Shown here piece by piece: positions 38,960 through 51,699 of a stretch of DNA of 64,000 bases; the stretch's first letter is position 1, and every line of letters begins with the position of its first letter. A model generated the notes under the pieces. That model was not told the DNA's origin. It saw only the letters and a program-made list of their open reading frames with translations, and did no database searches. A program made the translations under genes and the position numbers. The stretch comes from Escherichia coli (GTDB lineage Bacteria > Pseudomonadota > Gammaproteobacteria > Enterobacterales > Enterobacteriaceae), in assembly GCF_016903815.1 (NCBI RefSeq), contig NZ_CP069973.1; one strand, given 5' to 3'.

Positions 38960-39061
38960 ATGCGAAGTGAACAGATTTCTGGCTCGTCACTCAATCCGTC
39001 TTGTCGTTTCAGTTCTGCGTACTCTCCTGTGACCAGGCAGCGAAAAGACATGAGTCGATGA
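38960..39061 (+). CDS. rhoL: rho operon leader peptide
   Basis: 33-codon ORF MRSEQISGSSLNPSCRFSSAYSPVTRQRKDMSR immediately upstream of rho. Confidence 0.7.
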   Translation: MRSEQISGSSLNPSCRFSSAYSPVTRQRKDMSR

Positions 39062-39145
39062 CCGTAAACAGGCATGGATGATCCTGCCATACCATTCACA
39101 ACATTAAGTTCGAGATTTACCCCAAGTTTAAGAACTCACACCACT

Positions 39146-40405
39146 ATGAATCTTACCGAATTAAAGAATACGCCGGTTTCTGAGCTGATCACTCTCGGCG
39201 AAAATATGGGGCTGGAAAACCTGGCTCGTATGCGTAAGCAGGACATTATTTTTGCCATCCTGAAGCAGCACGCAAAGAGTGGCGAAGATATCTTTGGTGA
39301 TGGCGTACTGGAGATATTGCAGGATGGATTTGGTTTCCTCCGTTCCGCAGACAGCTCCTACCTCGCCGGTCCTGATGACATCTACGTTTCCCCTAGCCAA
39401 ATCCGCCGTTTCAACCTCCGCACTGGTGATACCATCTCTGGTAAGATTCGCCCGCCGAAAGAAGGTGAACGCTATTTTGCGCTGCTGAAAGTTAACGAAG
39501 TTAACTTCGACAAACCTGAAAACGCCCGCAACAAAATCCTCTTTGAGAACTTAACCCCGCTGCACGCAAACTCTCGTCTGCGTATGGAACGTGGTAACGG
39601 TTCTACGGAAGATTTAACCGCTCGCGTACTGGATCTGGCATCACCTATCGGTCGTGGTCAGCGTGGTCTGATTGTGGCACCGCCGAAAGCCGGTAAAACC
39701 ATGCTGCTGCAGAACATTGCTCAGAGCATTGCTTACAACCACCCGGATTGCGTACTGATGGTTCTGCTGATCGACGAACGTCCGGAAGAAGTAACCGAGA
39801 TGCAGCGTCTGGTTAAAGGTGAAGTTGTTGCTTCTACCTTTGACGAACCCGCATCTCGCCACGTTCAGGTTGCGGAAATGGTGATCGAGAAGGCGAAACG
39901 CCTGGTTGAGCACAAGAAAGACGTTATCATTCTGCTCGACTCCATCACTCGTCTGGCGCGCGCTTACAACACCGTTGTTCCGGCGTCAGGTAAAGTGCTG
40001 ACCGGTGGTGTGGATGCCAACGCCCTGCATCGTCCGAAACGCTTCTTCGGTGCGGCGCGTAACGTGGAAGAGGGCGGCAGCCTGACCATCATCGCTACCG
40101 CGCTTATCGATACCGGTTCCAAGATGGACGAAGTTATCTACGAAGAGTTTAAAGGTACAGGCAACATGGAACTGCACCTCTCTCGTAAGATCGCTGAAAA
40201 ACGCGTCTTCCCGGCAATCGACTACAACCGTTCCGGTACCCGTAAAGAAGAGCTGCTCACTACTCAGGAAGAACTGCAGAAAATGTGGATCCTGCGCAAA
40301 ATCATTCACCCGATGGGCGAAATCGATGCAATGGAATTCCTCATTAATAAACTGGCAATGACCAAGACCAATGACGATTTCTTCGAAATGATGAAACGCT
40401 CATAA
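39146..40405 (+). CDS. rho: transcription termination factor Rho
   Basis: ORF 39074..40405; start at the ATG giving [24 protein letters not shown] (419 aa); Walker A PPKAGKT. Confidence 0.98.
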
Positions 40406-40420
40406 ATTTGTCTTATGCCA

Positions 40421-40448
40421 AAAACGCCACGTGTTTACGTGGCGTTTT
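40421..40448 (+). terminator. intrinsic terminator downstream of rho
   Basis: AAAACGCCACGTGTTTACGTGGCGTTTT hairpin followed by GTTTTTAT. Confidence 0.85.
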
Positions 40449-40632
40449 GTTTTTATATCTGTAATCTTAACGGCGTTATAACAAATACGAGTTATGTTTG
40501 TTTATTGCGCATAACACGAATCACGTGGTTGTTTTTTGCACAAGGTTGGTGGGTTCAGAGCAGAGTTTCCCTTCTGAATAATGGCCTTCGTGGTTATACT
40601 TCTGCTAATAATTTTCTCTGAGAGCATGCATT

Positions 40633-41736
40633 GTGAATTTACTGACAGTGAGTACTGATCTCATCAGTATTTTTTTATTCACGACACTGTTTCTGTTTTT
40701 TGCCCGTAAGGTGGCAAAAAAAGTCGGTTTAGTGGATAAACCTAACTTCCGCAAACGTCACCAGGGATTGATACCTCTCGTTGGGGGGATTTCGGTTTAC
40801 GCAGGGATTTGCTTCACGTTCGGAATTGTCGATTACTATATTCCGCATGCATCTCTCTATCTCGCTTGTGCCGGTGTGCTTGTTTTCATTGGCGCGCTGG
40901 ATGACCGTTTTGATATCAGCGTAAAAATCCGTGCCACCATACAGGCCGCTGTTGGCATTGTTATGATGGTGTTCGGCAAACTTTATCTCAGTAGCCTGGG
41001 TTATATCTTTGGCTCCTGGGAGATGGTGCTCGGACCGTTTGGCTACTTCCTGACGCTATTTGCCGTCTGGGCGGCCATTAATGCGTTCAACATGGTTGAT
41101 GGCATTGATGGCTTGCTGGGCGGGTTGTCCTGCGTCTCGTTTGCAGCAATCGGTATGATTTTGTGGTTCGACGGGCAAACCAGCCTTGCAATCTGGTGTT
41201 TTGCGATGATCGCCGCCATCCTGCCATACATCATGCTTAACCTTGGTATCCTGGGTCGCCGCTACAAAGTCTTTATGGGTGATGCGGGCAGTACGCTGAT
41301 TGGTTTTACCGTTATCTGGATCCTGCTCGAAACGACCCAGGGCAAAACCCATCCCATCAGCCCGGTTACCGCTTTGTGGATAATCGCCATTCCGCTAATG
41401 GATATGGTGGCGATTATGTACCGTCGCCTGCGTAAAGGCATGAGTCCGTTCTCTCCTGATCGCCAGCATATTCACCATTTGATCATGCGTGCCGGGTTTA
41501 CTTCCCGCCAGGCGTTTGTGCTGATTACCCTTGCCGCAGCTCTGCTCGCCTCCATTGGGGTGCTGGCAGAATATTCTCATTTTGTCCCGGAGTGGGTCAT
41601 GCTGGTGCTCTTTTTGCTAGCATTCTTCCTCTATGGATATTGCATTAAGCGTGCCTGGAAAGTTGCTCGCTTTATTAAGCGCGTAAAACGCAGACTGCGT
41701 AGAAATCGTGGTGGCAGCCCCAATTTAACCAAATAA
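40633..41736 (+). CDS. wecA: UDP-GlcNAc:undecaprenyl-phosphate GlcNAc-1-phosphate transferase
   Basis: 367-aa polytopic membrane ORF with GTG start; first gene of the ECA cluster. Confidence 0.95.
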   Translation: MNLLTVSTDLISIFLFTTLFLFFARKVAKKVGLVDKPNFRKRHQGLIPLVGGISVYAGICFTFGIVDYYIPHASLYLACAGVLVFIGALDDRFDISVKIRATIQAAVGIVMMVFGKLYLSSLGYIFGSWEMVLGPFGYFLTLFAVWAAINAFNMVDGIDGLLGGLSCVSFAAIGMILWFDGQTSLAIWCFAMIAAILPYIMLNLGILGRRYKVFMGDAGSTLIGFTVIWILLETTQGKTHPISPVTALWIIAIPLMDMVAIMYRRLRKGMSPFSPDRQHIHHLIMRAGFTSRQAFVLITLAAALLASIGVLAEYSHFVPEWVMLVLFLLAFFLYGYCIKRAWKVARFIKRVKRRLRRNRGGSPNLTK

Positions 41737-41747
41737 ATGAGGATGTG

Positions 41748-42794
41748 ATGACACAACCAATGCCTGGGAAACCGGCCGAAGACGCTGAAAATGAACTGGA
41801 TATTCGTGGGTTGTTTCGTACCTTGTGGGCTGGGAAGCTATGGATTATTGGCATGGGGCTGGCGTTTGCGTTAATCGCGCTGGCGTATACGTTTTTTGCT
41901 CGTCAGGAGTGGAGCTCGACGGCGATTACCGATCGTCCAACGGTGAATATGCTGGGGGGATATTACTCGCAGCAGCAATTTTTGCGTAACCTGGATGTCC
42001 GTTCAAACATGGCTTCTGCCGACCAACCATCGGTCATGAACGAAGCCTATAAAGAGTTTGTTATGCAACTGGCCTCGTGGGATACCCGCAGAGAGTTCTG
42101 GCTGCAAACCGACTATTACAAGCAGCGGATGGTGGGCAACAGCAAAGCCGATGCGGCGTTGCTGGATGAAATGATTAACAACATCCAGTTTATCCCCGGA
42201 GACTTTACCCGCGCGGTCAATGACAGCGTGAAGCTGATTGCCGAAACCGCGCCTGACGCTAATAACCTGTTACGTCAGTATGTTGCTTTTGCCAGCCAGC
42301 GTGCAGCCAGCCATCTGAATGATGAGCTGAAAGGTGCATGGGCGGCACGTACCATCCAGATGAAAGCTCAGGTGAAGCGTCAGGAAGAGGTGGCGAAAGC
42401 TATCTACGACCGCCGGATGAACAGTATTGAACAGGCGCTGAAAATTGCTGAGCAGCATAATATTTCGCGCAGTGCGACAGATGTGCCTGCCGAGGAATTA
42501 CCTGATTCAGAAATGTTCCTGCTTGGGCGTCCAATGCTCCAGGCTCGACTGGAAAATTTACAGGCCGTCGGTCCGGCCTTTGATCTCGACTATGATCAGA
42601 ATCGGGCCATGTTAAACACCCTGAATGTTGGTCCAACCCTGGATCCGCGTTTTCAGACCTATCGCTATTTGCGTACGCCGGAAGAACCGGTAAAACGCGA
42701 TAGCCCACGTCGTGCCTTCCTGATGATTATGTGGGGCATTGTCGGGGGGCTGATCGGGGCTGGTGTCGCATTAACCCGCCGTTGCTCGAAATAG
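41748..42794 (+). CDS. wzzE: ECA polysaccharide chain-length modulation protein
   Basis: 348-aa ORF (start at ATG 41748) with N- and C-terminal transmembrane segments flanking a periplasmic domain. Confidence 0.94.
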   Translation: MTQPMPGKPAEDAENELDIRGLFRTLWAGKLWIIGMGLAFALIALAYTFFARQEWSSTAITDRPTVNMLGGYYSQQQFLRNLDVRSNMASADQPSVMNEAYKEFVMQLASWDTRREFWLQTDYYKQRMVGNSKADAALLDEMINNIQFIPGDFTRAVNDSVKLIAETAPDANNLLRQYVAFASQRAASHLNDELKGAWAARTIQMKAQVKRQEEVAKAIYDRRMNSIEQALKIAEQHNISRSATDVPAEELPDSEMFLLGRPMLQARLENLQAVGPAFDLDYDQNRAMLNTLNVGPTLDPRFQTYRYLRTPEEPVKRDSPRRAFLMIMWGIVGGLIGAGVALTRRCSK

Positions 42795-42849
42795 CAACAC
42801 TGCTGCGGTGAGCGCAAAGGCGCTCGCCGCTTATTCGAAGAGAATCGAT

Positions 42850-43980
42850 GTGAAAGTACTGACTGTATTTGGTACGCGCCCGGAAGCCATCAAGATGGCG
42901 CCGTTGGTGCATGCGTTGGCAAAAGATCCTTTTTTTGAGGCTAAAGTTTGCGTCACTGCGCAGCATCGGGAGATGCTCGATCAGGTGCTGAAACTCTTTT
43001 CCATTGTACCTGACTACGATCTCAACATAATGCAGCCAGGACAGGGCCTGACAGAGATAACCTGTCGGATTCTGGAAGGGCTAAAACCAATTCTTGCCGA
43101 GTTCAAACCAGACGTCGTGCTGGTTCACGGCGATACTACTACAACGCTGGCAACCAGCCTGGCGGCGTTTTATCAGCGTATTCCTGTTGGTCACGTTGAG
43201 GCTGGTCTGCGCACGGGCGATCTCTATTCGCCGTGGCCGGAAGAGGCTAACCGTACATTGACCGGGCATCTGGCGATGTATCACTTCTCTCCAACCGAAA
43301 CTTCCCGGCAAAACTTGCTGCGTGAAAATGTTGCTGACAGCCGAATCTTCATTACCGGTAATACAGTTATTGATGCACTGTTATGGGTGCGTGACCAGGT
43401 GATGAGCAGCGATACGCTGCGTTCAGAACTGGCGGCAAATTACCCGTTTATCGACCCCAATAAAAAAATGATTCTGGTGACCGGTCACAGGCGTGAGAGC
43501 TTCGGTCGTGGCTTTGAAGAAATCTGCCATGCGCTGGCAGACATCGCCACCACGCACCAGGACATCCAGATTGTCTATCCAGTGCATCTCAACCCGAACG
43601 TCAGAGAGCCGGTCAATCGCATTCTGGGGCACGTGAAAAATGTCATTCTGATCGATCCCCAGGAGTATTTACCGTTTGTCTGGCTGATGAACCACGCCTG
43701 GCTGATTTTGACCGACTCAGGCGGCATTCAGGAAGAAGCGCCTTCGCTGGGGAAACCGGTGCTGGTAATGCGCGATACCACTGAGCGTCCGGAAGCGGTG
43801 ACGGCGGGTACGGTGCGTCTGGTAGGCACGGATAAGCAGCGAATTGTCGAGGAAGTGACGCGTCTTTTAAAAGACGAAAACGAATATCAAGCTATGAGCC
43901 GCGCCCATAACCCGTATGGTGATGGTCAGGCATGCTCTCGCATTCTGGAAGCGTTAAAAAATAATCGGATATCACTATGA
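42850..43980 (+). CDS. wecB: UDP-N-acetylglucosamine 2-epimerase
   Basis: ORF 42808..43980; N-terminus (M)[22 protein letters not shown] begins at an in-frame GTG (42850); 376 aa. Confidence 0.94.
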   Translation: MKVLTVFGTRPEAIKMAPLVHALAKDPFFEAKVCVTAQHREMLDQVLKLFSIVPDYDLNIMQPGQGLTEITCRILEGLKPILAEFKPDVVLVHGDTTTTLATSLAAFYQRIPVGHVEAGLRTGDLYSPWPEEANRTLTGHLAMYHFSPTETSRQNLLRENVADSRIFITGNTVIDALLWVRDQVMSSDTLRSELAANYPFIDPNKKMILVTGHRRESFGRGFEEICHALADIATTHQDIQIVYPVHLNPNVREPVNRILGHVKNVILIDPQEYLPFVWLMNHAWLILTDSGGIQEEAPSLGKPVLVMRDTTERPEAVTAGTVRLVGTDKQRIVEEVTRLLKDENEYQAMSRAHNPYGDGQACSRILEALKNNRISL

Positions 43981-45239
43981 GTTTTGCGACCATTTCTGTT
44001 ATCGGACTGGGTTACATCGGGCTGCCTACAGCAGCTGCGTTTGCCTCTCGGCAAAAACAGGTGATTGGTGTCGATATCAACAAACATGCGGTTGATACCA
44101 TCAATCGTGGCGAAATCCATATCGTCGAACCTGATTTGGCGAGCGTAGTAAAAACTGCCGTAGAAGGCGGTTTTTTACGAGCGAGCACGACGCCAGTTGA
44201 AGCGGATGCCTGGCTGATTGCTGTACCCACGCCGTTTAAAGGCGATCATGAGCCAGATATGACCTACGTTGAATCGGCTGCTCGCTCCATTGCGCCAGTG
44301 CTGAAAAAAGGCGCGCTGGTGATCCTTGAATCCACCTCGCCGGTGGGGTCAACCGAGAAGATGGCAGAATGGTTAGCAGAGATGCGTCCAGATCTCACTT
44401 TCCCGCAGCAGGTGGGCGAGCAGGCGGACGTCAACATTGCTTACTGCCCGGAACGCGTGTTACCGGGCCAGGTAATGGTCGAGCTGATTAAAAACGATCG
44501 CGTGATTGGTGGTATGACGCCGGTTTGTTCGGCCCGCGCCAGCGAACTGTACAAAATTTTCCTCGAAGGTGAGTGTGTCGTCACTAACTCGCGGACGGCG
44601 GAAATGTGTAAGCTCACCGAAAACAGCTTCCGCGATGTGAATATCGCTTTTGCTAACGAACTGTCGCTGATTTGTGCCGATCAGGGAATTAACGTCTGGG
44701 AACTGATTCGCCTGGCGAATCGCCACCCTCGCGTCAATATTCTTCAGCCTGGCCCTGGCGTGGGCGGTCACTGCATCGCTGTTGATCCGTGGTTTATCGT
44801 GGCACAGAACCCCCAGCAGGCGCGGCTTATCCGTACTGCGCGCGAAGTGAACGATCACAAACCGTTCTGGGTTATCGATCAGGTGAAAGCGGCGGTTGCC
44901 GACTGCCTTGCTGCTACCGATAAACGCGCCAGTGAACTGAAAATCGCCTGCTTTGGTCTGGCGTTTAAACCGAATATTGATGACCTGCGCGAAAGCCCGG
45001 CGATGGAAATCGCTGAACTGATCGCCCAGTGGCATAGCGGCGAAACGCTGGTTGTTGAGCCTAACATCCACCAGTTGCCGAAAAAACTGACCGGGCTTTG
45101 TACTCTGGCGCAGCTTGACGAGGCGCTGGCAACGGCAGACGTGCTGGTGATGCTGGTCGATCATATCCAGTTCAAAGCCATCAGCGGCGACAACGTTCGT
45201 CAGCAATATGTCGTCGATGCTAAAGGAGTCTGGCGCTGA
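43977..45239 (+). CDS. wecC: UDP-N-acetyl-D-mannosamine dehydrogenase
   Basis: 420-aa ORF; NAD-binding GLGYIGLP; start overlaps the wecB stop (ATGA). Confidence 0.95.
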   Translation: MSFATISVIGLGYIGLPTAAAFASRQKQVIGVDINKHAVDTINRGEIHIVEPDLASVVKTAVEGGFLRASTTPVEADAWLIAVPTPFKGDHEPDMTYVESAARSIAPVLKKGALVILESTSPVGSTEKMAEWLAEMRPDLTFPQQVGEQADVNIAYCPERVLPGQVMVELIKNDRVIGGMTPVCSARASELYKIFLEGECVVTNSRTAEMCKLTENSFRDVNIAFANELSLICADQGINVWELIRLANRHPRVNILQPGPGVGGHCIAVDPWFIVAQNPQQARLIRTAREVNDHKPFWVIDQVKAAVADCLAATDKRASELKIACFGLAFKPNIDDLRESPAMEIAELIAQWHSGETLVVEPNIHQLPKKLTGLCTLAQLDEALATADVLVMLVDHIQFKAISGDNVRQQYVVDAKGVWR

Positions 45240-45279
45240 TACTGATTACCGTGAATGACTGTTTTGAGGGAGTCACACA

Positions 45280-45954
45280 ATGCCCGTCCGCGCCAGTATT
45301 GAGCCACTAACCTGGGAAAACGCCTTCTTTGGTGTTAACAGCGCCATTGTGCGCATTACGTCTGAAGCACCGCTCCTGACGCCAGACGCGTTAGCGCCGT
45401 GGTCACGGGTGCAGGCCAAAATTGCGGCATCAAATACGGGTGAACTGGATACCCTGCAACAGCTGGGATTCTCCCTGGTAGAAGGTGAAGTTGATTTGGC
45501 GCTACCCGTGAACAATGTCGGTGATAGCGGCGCAGAAGTGGCACAAGAGACAGATATTCCCGCATTACGTCAGTTAGCCAGCGCCGCATTTGCGCAAAGC
45601 CGTTTTCGTGCGCCGTGGTATGCGCCTGACGCCAGCGGTCGCTTTTATGCACAGTGGATTGAAAATGCCGTGCGCGGCACCTTTGATCATCAATGTCTGA
45701 TTTTACGTGCGGCGTCCGGCGCTATTCGCGGCTATGTCTCTTTACGGGAACTCAATGCGACAGATGCGCGAATTGGCCTGCTGGCTGGACGCGGTGCAGG
45801 TGCTGAGCTGATGCAAACGGCGCTAAACTGGGCGTATGCTCGCGGTAAAACAACTTTGCGGGTGGCGACCCAGATGGGCAACACCGCCGCGCTTAAACGA
45901 TACATACAAAGTGGTGCGAATGTAGAAAGCACCGCGTACTGGTTATACAGGTGA
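45280..45954 (+). CDS. wecD: dTDP-fucosamine acetyltransferase (GNAT family)
   Basis: 224-aa [29 protein letters not shown]...; begins only 40 bp after the wecC stop, with no rffG or rffH between them. Confidence 0.92.
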   Translation: MPVRASIEPLTWENAFFGVNSAIVRITSEAPLLTPDALAPWSRVQAKIAASNTGELDTLQQLGFSLVEGEVDLALPVNNVGDSGAEVAQETDIPALRQLASAAFAQSRFRAPWYAPDASGRFYAQWIENAVRGTFDHQCLILRAASGAIRGYVSLRELNATDARIGLLAGRGAGAELMQTALNWAYARGKTTLRVATQMGNTAALKRYIQSGANVESTAYWLYR

Positions 45955-45958
45955 TCAC

Positions 45959-47089
45959 ATGATTCCATTTAACGCACCGCCGGTGGTGGGAACCGAACTC
46001 GACTATATGCAGTCGGCAATGGGTAGCGGCAAACTGTGTGGCGATGGCGGTTTTACCCGTCGCTGCCAGCAGTGGCTGGAGCAACGTTTTGGCAGCGCCA
46101 AAGTGTTACTGACGCCGTCCTGCACCGCTTCGCTGGAGATGGCGGCGCTGCTGCTCGATATCCAGCCTGGCGATGAAGTGATCATGCCGAGCTACACCTT
46201 TGTCTCCACTGCCAATGCCTTTGTGCTGCGTGGCGCAAAAATCGTTTTTGTGGATGTTCGCCCGGACACCATGAACATCGACGAAACGTTGATTGAAGCA
46301 GCGATCACCGACAAAACGCGCGTTATCGTGCCGGTCCATTACGCGGGTGTGGCCTGCGAAATGGACACCATTATGGCGTTGGCGAAAAAGCATAATCTGT
46401 TTGTGGTGGAAGATGCTGCTCAGGGCGTGATGTCCACTTACAAAGGGCGTGCACTGGGAACCATTGGTCATATTGGCTGCTTTAGCTTCCATGAAACCAA
46501 AAACTACACGGCGGGCGGTGAAGGCGGCGCGACGCTGATTAACGATAAAGCGTTGATCGAACGAGCCGAGATCATCCGTGAAAAAGGCACAAACCGCAGC
46601 CAGTTCTTCCGTGGTCAGGTCGATAAATATACCTGGCGCGATATCGGCTCCAGCTATTTGATGTCCGATCTGCAAGCTGCGTACCTGTGGGCGCAACTGG
46701 AAGCAGCAGATCGTATCAATCAGCAACGTCTGGCGCTGTGGCAAAACTACTACGATGCGTTAGCACCTCTGGCGAAAGCCGGGCGTATCGAGCTGCCGTC
46801 GATTCCCGATGGCTGCGTGCAGAACGCGCATATGTTCTACATTAAACTGCGGGATATTGATGACCGGAGCGCGTTGATTAACTTTCTGAAAGAAGCGGAA
46901 ATCATGGCGGTGTTCCATTACATTCCGCTGCACGGTTGCCCTGCGGGGGAACGCTTTGGTGAGTTCCACGGTGAAGATCGCTACACCACCAAAGAGAGTG
47001 AGCGCCTGCTGCGCCTGCCGCTGTTCTACAACCTGTCGCCCGTCAATCAGCGTACGGTAATTGCGACTTTGTTGAACTACTTCTCCTGA
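45959..47089 (+). CDS. wecE: dTDP-4-amino-4,6-dideoxygalactose transaminase
   Basis: 376-aa ORF of the DegT/ArnB aminotransferase family. Confidence 0.95.
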   Translation: MIPFNAPPVVGTELDYMQSAMGSGKLCGDGGFTRRCQQWLEQRFGSAKVLLTPSCTASLEMAALLLDIQPGDEVIMPSYTFVSTANAFVLRGAKIVFVDVRPDTMNIDETLIEAAITDKTRVIVPVHYAGVACEMDTIMALAKKHNLFVVEDAAQGVMSTYKGRALGTIGHIGCFSFHETKNYTAGGEGGATLINDKALIERAEIIREKGTNRSQFFRGQVDKYTWRDIGSSYLMSDLQAAYLWAQLEAADRINQQRLALWQNYYDALAPLAKAGRIELPSIPDGCVQNAHMFYIKLRDIDDRSALINFLKEAEIMAVFHYIPLHGCPAGERFGEFHGEDRYTTKESERLLRLPLFYNLSPVNQRTVIATLLNYFS

Positions 47090-47090
47090 T

Positions 47091-48341
47091 ATGTCGTTGG
47101 CAAAAGCGTCCTTGTGGACGGCGGCCAGTACACTGGTCAAGATTGGTGCCGGGTTACTGGTCGGTAAGTTGCTGGCGGTGTCATTTGGTCCGGCGGGGCT
47201 TGGGCTGGCGGCAAATTTCCGCCAGTTGATTACCGTGCTCGGCGTGCTTGCCGGGGCTGGCATCTTTAATGGCGTAACCAAATACGTTGCTCAGTACCAT
47301 GATAATCCCCAACAGCTGCGCCGCGTGGTCGGCACTTCATCAGCGATGGTACTTGGCTTCTCTACGCTAATGGCGCTGGTTTTTGTGCTGGCAGCAGCGC
47401 CAATCAGCCAGGGATTGTTTGGTAATACCGACTATCAGGGACTGGTGCGTTTAGTGGCGCTGGTGCAAATGGGGATTGCCTGGGGCAACCTGTTACTGGC
47501 GTTGATGAAAGGCTTTCGCGATGCCGCAGGTAATGCGTTATCCCTGATTGTCGGCAGCTTGATTGGCGTTTTTGCGTACTACGTCAGTTACCGTTTGGGC
47601 GGTTATGAAGGGGCGTTGCTGGGTCTGGCGCTGATTCCCGCGCTGGTGGTGATTCCTGCCGTCATCATGCTAATTAAGCGTGGTGCAATCCCGTTAAGCT
47701 ATCTGAAACCCAGCTGGGATAACGGCCTGGCAGGGCAGTTGAGCAAATTTACGCTCATGGCGTTGATTACGTCGGTGACCTTGCCTGTTGCTTACATCAT
47801 GATGCGTAAACTGCTGGCGGCGCAGTATAGCTGGGATGAGGTGGGGATCTGGCAAGGGGTGAGCAGTATTTCCGATGCCTACCTGCAATTTATTACGGCA
47901 TCGTTCAGCGTATATTTGCTGCCCACGTTGTCGCGGCTAACGGAAAAGCGCGATATCACCCGGGAAGTGGTTAAATCGCTGAAATTCGTCTTACCGGCAG
48001 TGGCGGCGGCGAGTTTTACCGTCTGGTTGCTGCGTGATTTTGCTATCTGGCTGCTGTTGTCGAATAAATTTACCGCTATGCGCGATCTCTTTGCCTGGCA
48101 GTTAGTGGGTGATGTGTTAAAAGTGGGCGCTTATGTCTTTGGTTATCTGGTGATCGCCAAAGCGTCACTGCGGTTTTATATTCTGGCGGAAGTCAGCCAG
48201 TTCACTTTATTGATGGTATTTGCCCACTGGCTAATCCCTGCGCATGGTGCACTGGGCGCGGCGCAGGCCTATATGGCAACCTATATCGTCTATTTTTCTC
48301 TTTGTTGTGGCGTGTTTTTACTCTGGCGTAGGCGGGCATGA
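47091..48341 (+). CDS. wzxE: ECA lipid III flippase
   Basis: 416-aa polytopic membrane ORF. Confidence 0.94.
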   Translation: MSLAKASLWTAASTLVKIGAGLLVGKLLAVSFGPAGLGLAANFRQLITVLGVLAGAGIFNGVTKYVAQYHDNPQQLRRVVGTSSAMVLGFSTLMALVFVLAAAPISQGLFGNTDYQGLVRLVALVQMGIAWGNLLLALMKGFRDAAGNALSLIVGSLIGVFAYYVSYRLGGYEGALLGLALIPALVVIPAVIMLIKRGAIPLSYLKPSWDNGLAGQLSKFTLMALITSVTLPVAYIMMRKLLAAQYSWDEVGIWQGVSSISDAYLQFITASFSVYLLPTLSRLTEKRDITREVVKSLKFVLPAVAAASFTVWLLRDFAIWLLLSNKFTAMRDLFAWQLVGDVLKVGAYVFGYLVIAKASLRFYILAEVSQFTLLMVFAHWLIPAHGALGAAQAYMATYIVYFSLCCGVFLLWRRRA

Positions 48342-49417
48342 CTGTACTGATTCACGTACTGGGATCGGATATCCCTCACCATAACCGAACCGTTCTGCGG
48401 TTTTTCAACGACGCGCTGGCCGCGACGAGCGAGCACGCGCGCGAGTTTATGGTTGTTGGCAAGGACGACGGCTTAAGTGATAGCTGTCCGGCGCTTTCTG
48501 TGCAATTTTTCCCTGGGAAAAAATCGCTGGCGGAAGCGGTCATCGCGAAAGCAAAAGCTAACCGTCAGCAGCGTTTTTTCTTCCACGGTCAGTTCAATCC
48601 CACACTGTGGCTGGCTCTGCTGAGTGGTGGCATTAAGCCCAGCCAGTTTTACTGGCATATCTGGGGGGCAGACCTGTACGAGCTTTCCAGTGGCTTGAGA
48701 TATAAGCTTTTTTACCCACTACGTCGCCTGGCGCAAAAGCGAGTCGGCTGTGTATTTGCCACCCGCGGCGATTTGAGCTTTTTTGCCAAAACGCATCCAA
48801 AGGTGCGGGGCGAACTGCTGTACTTCCCGACGCGGATGGACCCTTCACTCAATATGATGGCGAATGATCGGCAACGTAAAGGGAAAATGACCATTCTGGT
48901 GGGGAACTCCGGCGACCGCAGCAATGAGCATATTGCTGCCTTGCGCGCCGTTCATCAGCAATTTGGCGATACGGTAAAAGTGGTGGCGCCGATGGGATAT
49001 CCGCCTAATAACGAAGCGTACATCGAGGAAGTTCGTCAGGCGGGGCTGGCGTTATTCAGCGAAGAAAATCTGCAAATTCTGAACGAAAAACTGGAATTTG
49101 ACGCCTATCTGGCGCTACTTCGTCAGTGCGATCTTGGTTACTTTATTTTTGCCCGCCAGCAGGGCATTGGTACGCTGTGCTTACTAATTCAGGCGGGCAT
49201 TCCTTGTGTGCTTAACCGGGAAAATCCGTTCTGGCAGGATATGACGGAACAGCATTTGCCGGTGCTGTTTACTACCGACGATCTCAACGAGGATATTGTG
49301 CGTGAAGCGCAGCGCCAGTTGGCGTCGGTGGATAAAAACACCATTGCCTTCTTTAGCCCGAACTATCTGCAAGGCTGGCAGCGGGCGTTGGCGATTGCCG
49401 CCGGGGAGGTTGCATGA
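48338..49417 (+). CDS. wecF: TDP-Fuc4NAc:lipid II Fuc4NAc transferase
   Basis: 359-aa ORF overlapping the wzxE stop by 4 bp. Confidence 0.94.
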   Translation: MTVLIHVLGSDIPHHNRTVLRFFNDALAATSEHAREFMVVGKDDGLSDSCPALSVQFFPGKKSLAEAVIAKAKANRQQRFFFHGQFNPTLWLALLSGGIKPSQFYWHIWGADLYELSSGLRYKLFYPLRRLAQKRVGCVFATRGDLSFFAKTHPKVRGELLYFPTRMDPSLNMMANDRQRKGKMTILVGNSGDRSNEHIAALRAVHQQFGDTVKVVAPMGYPPNNEAYIEEVRQAGLALFSEENLQILNEKLEFDAYLALLRQCDLGYFIFARQQGIGTLCLLIQAGIPCVLNRENPFWQDMTEQHLPVLFTTDDLNEDIVREAQRQLASVDKNTIAFFSPNYLQGWQRALAIAAGEVA

Positions 49418-50766
49418 GTCTGCTGCAATTCAGTGGCCTGTTTGTTGTCTGGCTGCTCTGCACGCTGTTTATTGCCACGCTGACCTGGTTTGAGTTTCGC
49501 CGTGTGCGTTTTAACTTCAATGTCTTCTTTTCATTGCTGTTTTTGCTCACCTTTTTCTTCGGCTTCCCGCTGACCAGCGTGCTGGTATTTCGCTTTGATG
49601 TTGGTGTCGCGCCGCCAGAAATCTTGTTGCAGGCGTTGCTTTCTGCGGGCTGCTTCTACGCGGTTTACTACGTCACCTACAAAACCCGCCTACGCAAACG
49701 CGTTGCCGATGTACCGCGCCGTCCGCTGTTTACCATGAACCGCGTGGAGACCAATCTCACGTGGGTGATCCTGATGGGCGTCGCGCTGGTAAGCGTCGGC
49801 ATCTTCTTCATGCACAACGGCTTTTTGCTGTTCCGGCTTAACTCCTACAGTCAGATCTTCTCCAGTGAAGTCTCCGGCGTGGCGTTAAAACGCTTCTTTT
49901 ACTTTTTCATCCCGGCGATGCTGGTGGTCTACTTTCTGCGCCAGGACAGCAAAGCGTGGCTGTTTTTCCTCGTCAGCACGGTCGCCTTTGGCTTGCTGAC
50001 TTATATGATTGTCGGCGGCACTCGCGCCAATATCATCATCGCATTCGCTATCTTCCTGTTTATTGGCATTATTCGCGGCTGGATTTCGTTGTGGATGCTG
50101 GCGGCGGCGGGCGTGCTGGGGATTGTGGGCATGTTCTGGCTGGCGCTAAAACGCTATGGAATGAATGTGAGCGGTGATGAAGCGTTCTATACGTTTCTCT
50201 ATCTCACCCGCGATACCTTTTCGCCGTGGGAGAATCTGGCATTGCTGTTGCAGAACTACGACAACATCGACTTCCAGGGTCTGGCTCCCATTGTCCGCGA
50301 TTTCTATGTCTTTATCCCTTCCTGGCTGTGGCCGGGTCGCCCGAGTATGGTACTGAACACCGCCAACTACTTTACCTGGGAAGTGCTGAATAACCACTCC
50401 GGGCTGGCGATCTCGCCTACGCTTATAGGCTCACTGGTGGTGATGGGCGGCGCGTTGTTCATCCCGCTCGGGGCGATTGTGGTTGGCCTGATCATCAAAT
50501 GGTTCGACTGGCTGTATGAGCTGGGCAACCGCGAGACTAATCGCTATAAGGCTGCGATATTGCACAGTTTCTGCTTCGGGGCGATCTTCAATATGATCGT
50601 GCTGGCACGTGAAGGGCTGGATTCGTTTGTCTCACGCGTGGTCTTTTTTATCGTGGTCTTCGGCGCATGTCTGATGATCGCAAAACTGTTGTACTGGCTT
50701 TTTGAAAGCGCCGGACTCATTCATAAACGAACAAAATCATCGCTCCGGACGCAGGTTGAAGGATAA
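49414..50766 (+). CDS. wzyE: ECA polymerase
   Basis: 450-aa polytopic membrane ORF overlapping the wecF stop by 4 bp. Confidence 0.94.
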   Translation: MSLLQFSGLFVVWLLCTLFIATLTWFEFRRVRFNFNVFFSLLFLLTFFFGFPLTSVLVFRFDVGVAPPEILLQALLSAGCFYAVYYVTYKTRLRKRVADVPRRPLFTMNRVETNLTWVILMGVALVSVGIFFMHNGFLLFRLNSYSQIFSSEVSGVALKRFFYFFIPAMLVVYFLRQDSKAWLFFLVSTVAFGLLTYMIVGGTRANIIIAFAIFLFIGIIRGWISLWMLAAAGVLGIVGMFWLALKRYGMNVSGDEAFYTFLYLTRDTFSPWENLALLLQNYDNIDFQGLAPIVRDFYVFIPSWLWPGRPSMVLNTANYFTWEVLNNHSGLAISPTLIGSLVVMGGALFIPLGAIVVGLIIKWFDWLYELGNRETNRYKAAILHSFCFGAIFNMIVLAREGLDSFVSRVVFFIVVFGACLMIAKLLYWLFESAGLIHKRTKSSLRTQVEG

Positions 50767-50768
50767 CA

Positions 50769-51509
50769 ATGAATAACAACACCACGGCACCGACCTATAC
50801 GCTGCGTGGCTTACAGTTGATCGGTTGGCGTGATATGCAGCACGCCCTCGATTATCTGTTCGCTGACGGGCAGCTTAAGCAGGGAACGCTGGTTGCCATT
50901 AATGCTGAAAAAATGCTGACCATTGAAGATAACGCCGAGGTCAGGGAGTTAATTAACGCTGCCGAATTTAAATATGCGGATGGCATCAGCGTTGTACGTT
51001 CAGTACGTAAAAAGTACCCGCAGGCGCAGGTTTCCCGCGTTGCCGGGGCGGATCTCTGGGAAGAGCTGATGGCGCGCGCAGGCAAAGAAGGGACACCGGT
51101 ATTTCTTGTGGGCGGTAAACCTGAAGTGCTGGCGCAAACTGAAGCTAAACTGCGCAACCAGTGGAATGTGAATATCGTTGGCAGCCAGGATGGTTATTTT
51201 AAACCCGAGCAGCGTCAGGCGCTGTTTGAACGCATTCATGCCAGCGGAGCGCAAATCGTCACCGTTGCGATGGGATCGCCAAAGCAGGAGATCTTCATGC
51301 GCGACTGCCGTCTGGTGCATCCAGATGCGCTGTATATGGGCGTTGGCGGGACTTACGATGTTTTCACCGGTCACGTGAAACGCGCACCGAAAATCTGGCA
51401 AACGCTGGGGCTGGAGTGGCTCTACCGCCTGCTTTCGCAGCCGAGCCGCCTTAAGCGTCAGCTTCGTTTGCTGCGTTATTTACGCTGGCATTACACCGGC
51501 AACCTCTGA
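50769..51509 (+). CDS. wecG: UDP-ManNAcA transferase
   Basis: 246-aa ORF; last gene of the ECA cluster. Confidence 0.94.
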   Translation: MNNNTTAPTYTLRGLQLIGWRDMQHALDYLFADGQLKQGTLVAINAEKMLTIEDNAEVRELINAAEFKYADGISVVRSVRKKYPQAQVSRVAGADLWEELMARAGKEGTPVFLVGGKPEVLAQTEAKLRNQWNVNIVGSQDGYFKPEQRQALFERIHASGAQIVTVAMGSPKQEIFMRDCRLVHPDALYMGVGGTYDVFTGHVKRAPKIWQTLGLEWLYRLLSQPSRLKRQLRLLRYLRWHYTGNL

Positions 51510-51699
51510 TTTTCCTCTCTCTGTAAAGCGACGGAGTGGTCACTTCGTCGCCTTCCTGCTTTTTTATTACACAAAGCATTCAAATTTTTAATGCTTTATT
51601 TGCCATTTCTCCTGAATTACGAAAACATTCGCAACACTCGATGTACCCATAACGATAACCGGTAACACCGGAAAGCATGCAAACACAACACGAGGATTT

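Noticed and set aside
45240-45279. Engineered deletion scar (FRT or loxP) at the wecC-wecD junction
   Set aside because: No FRT (GAAGTTCCTATTC...) or loxP (ATAACTTCGTATA...) sequence is present; the junction looks scarless, so natural deletion or markerless editing cannot be distinguished from sequence alone.
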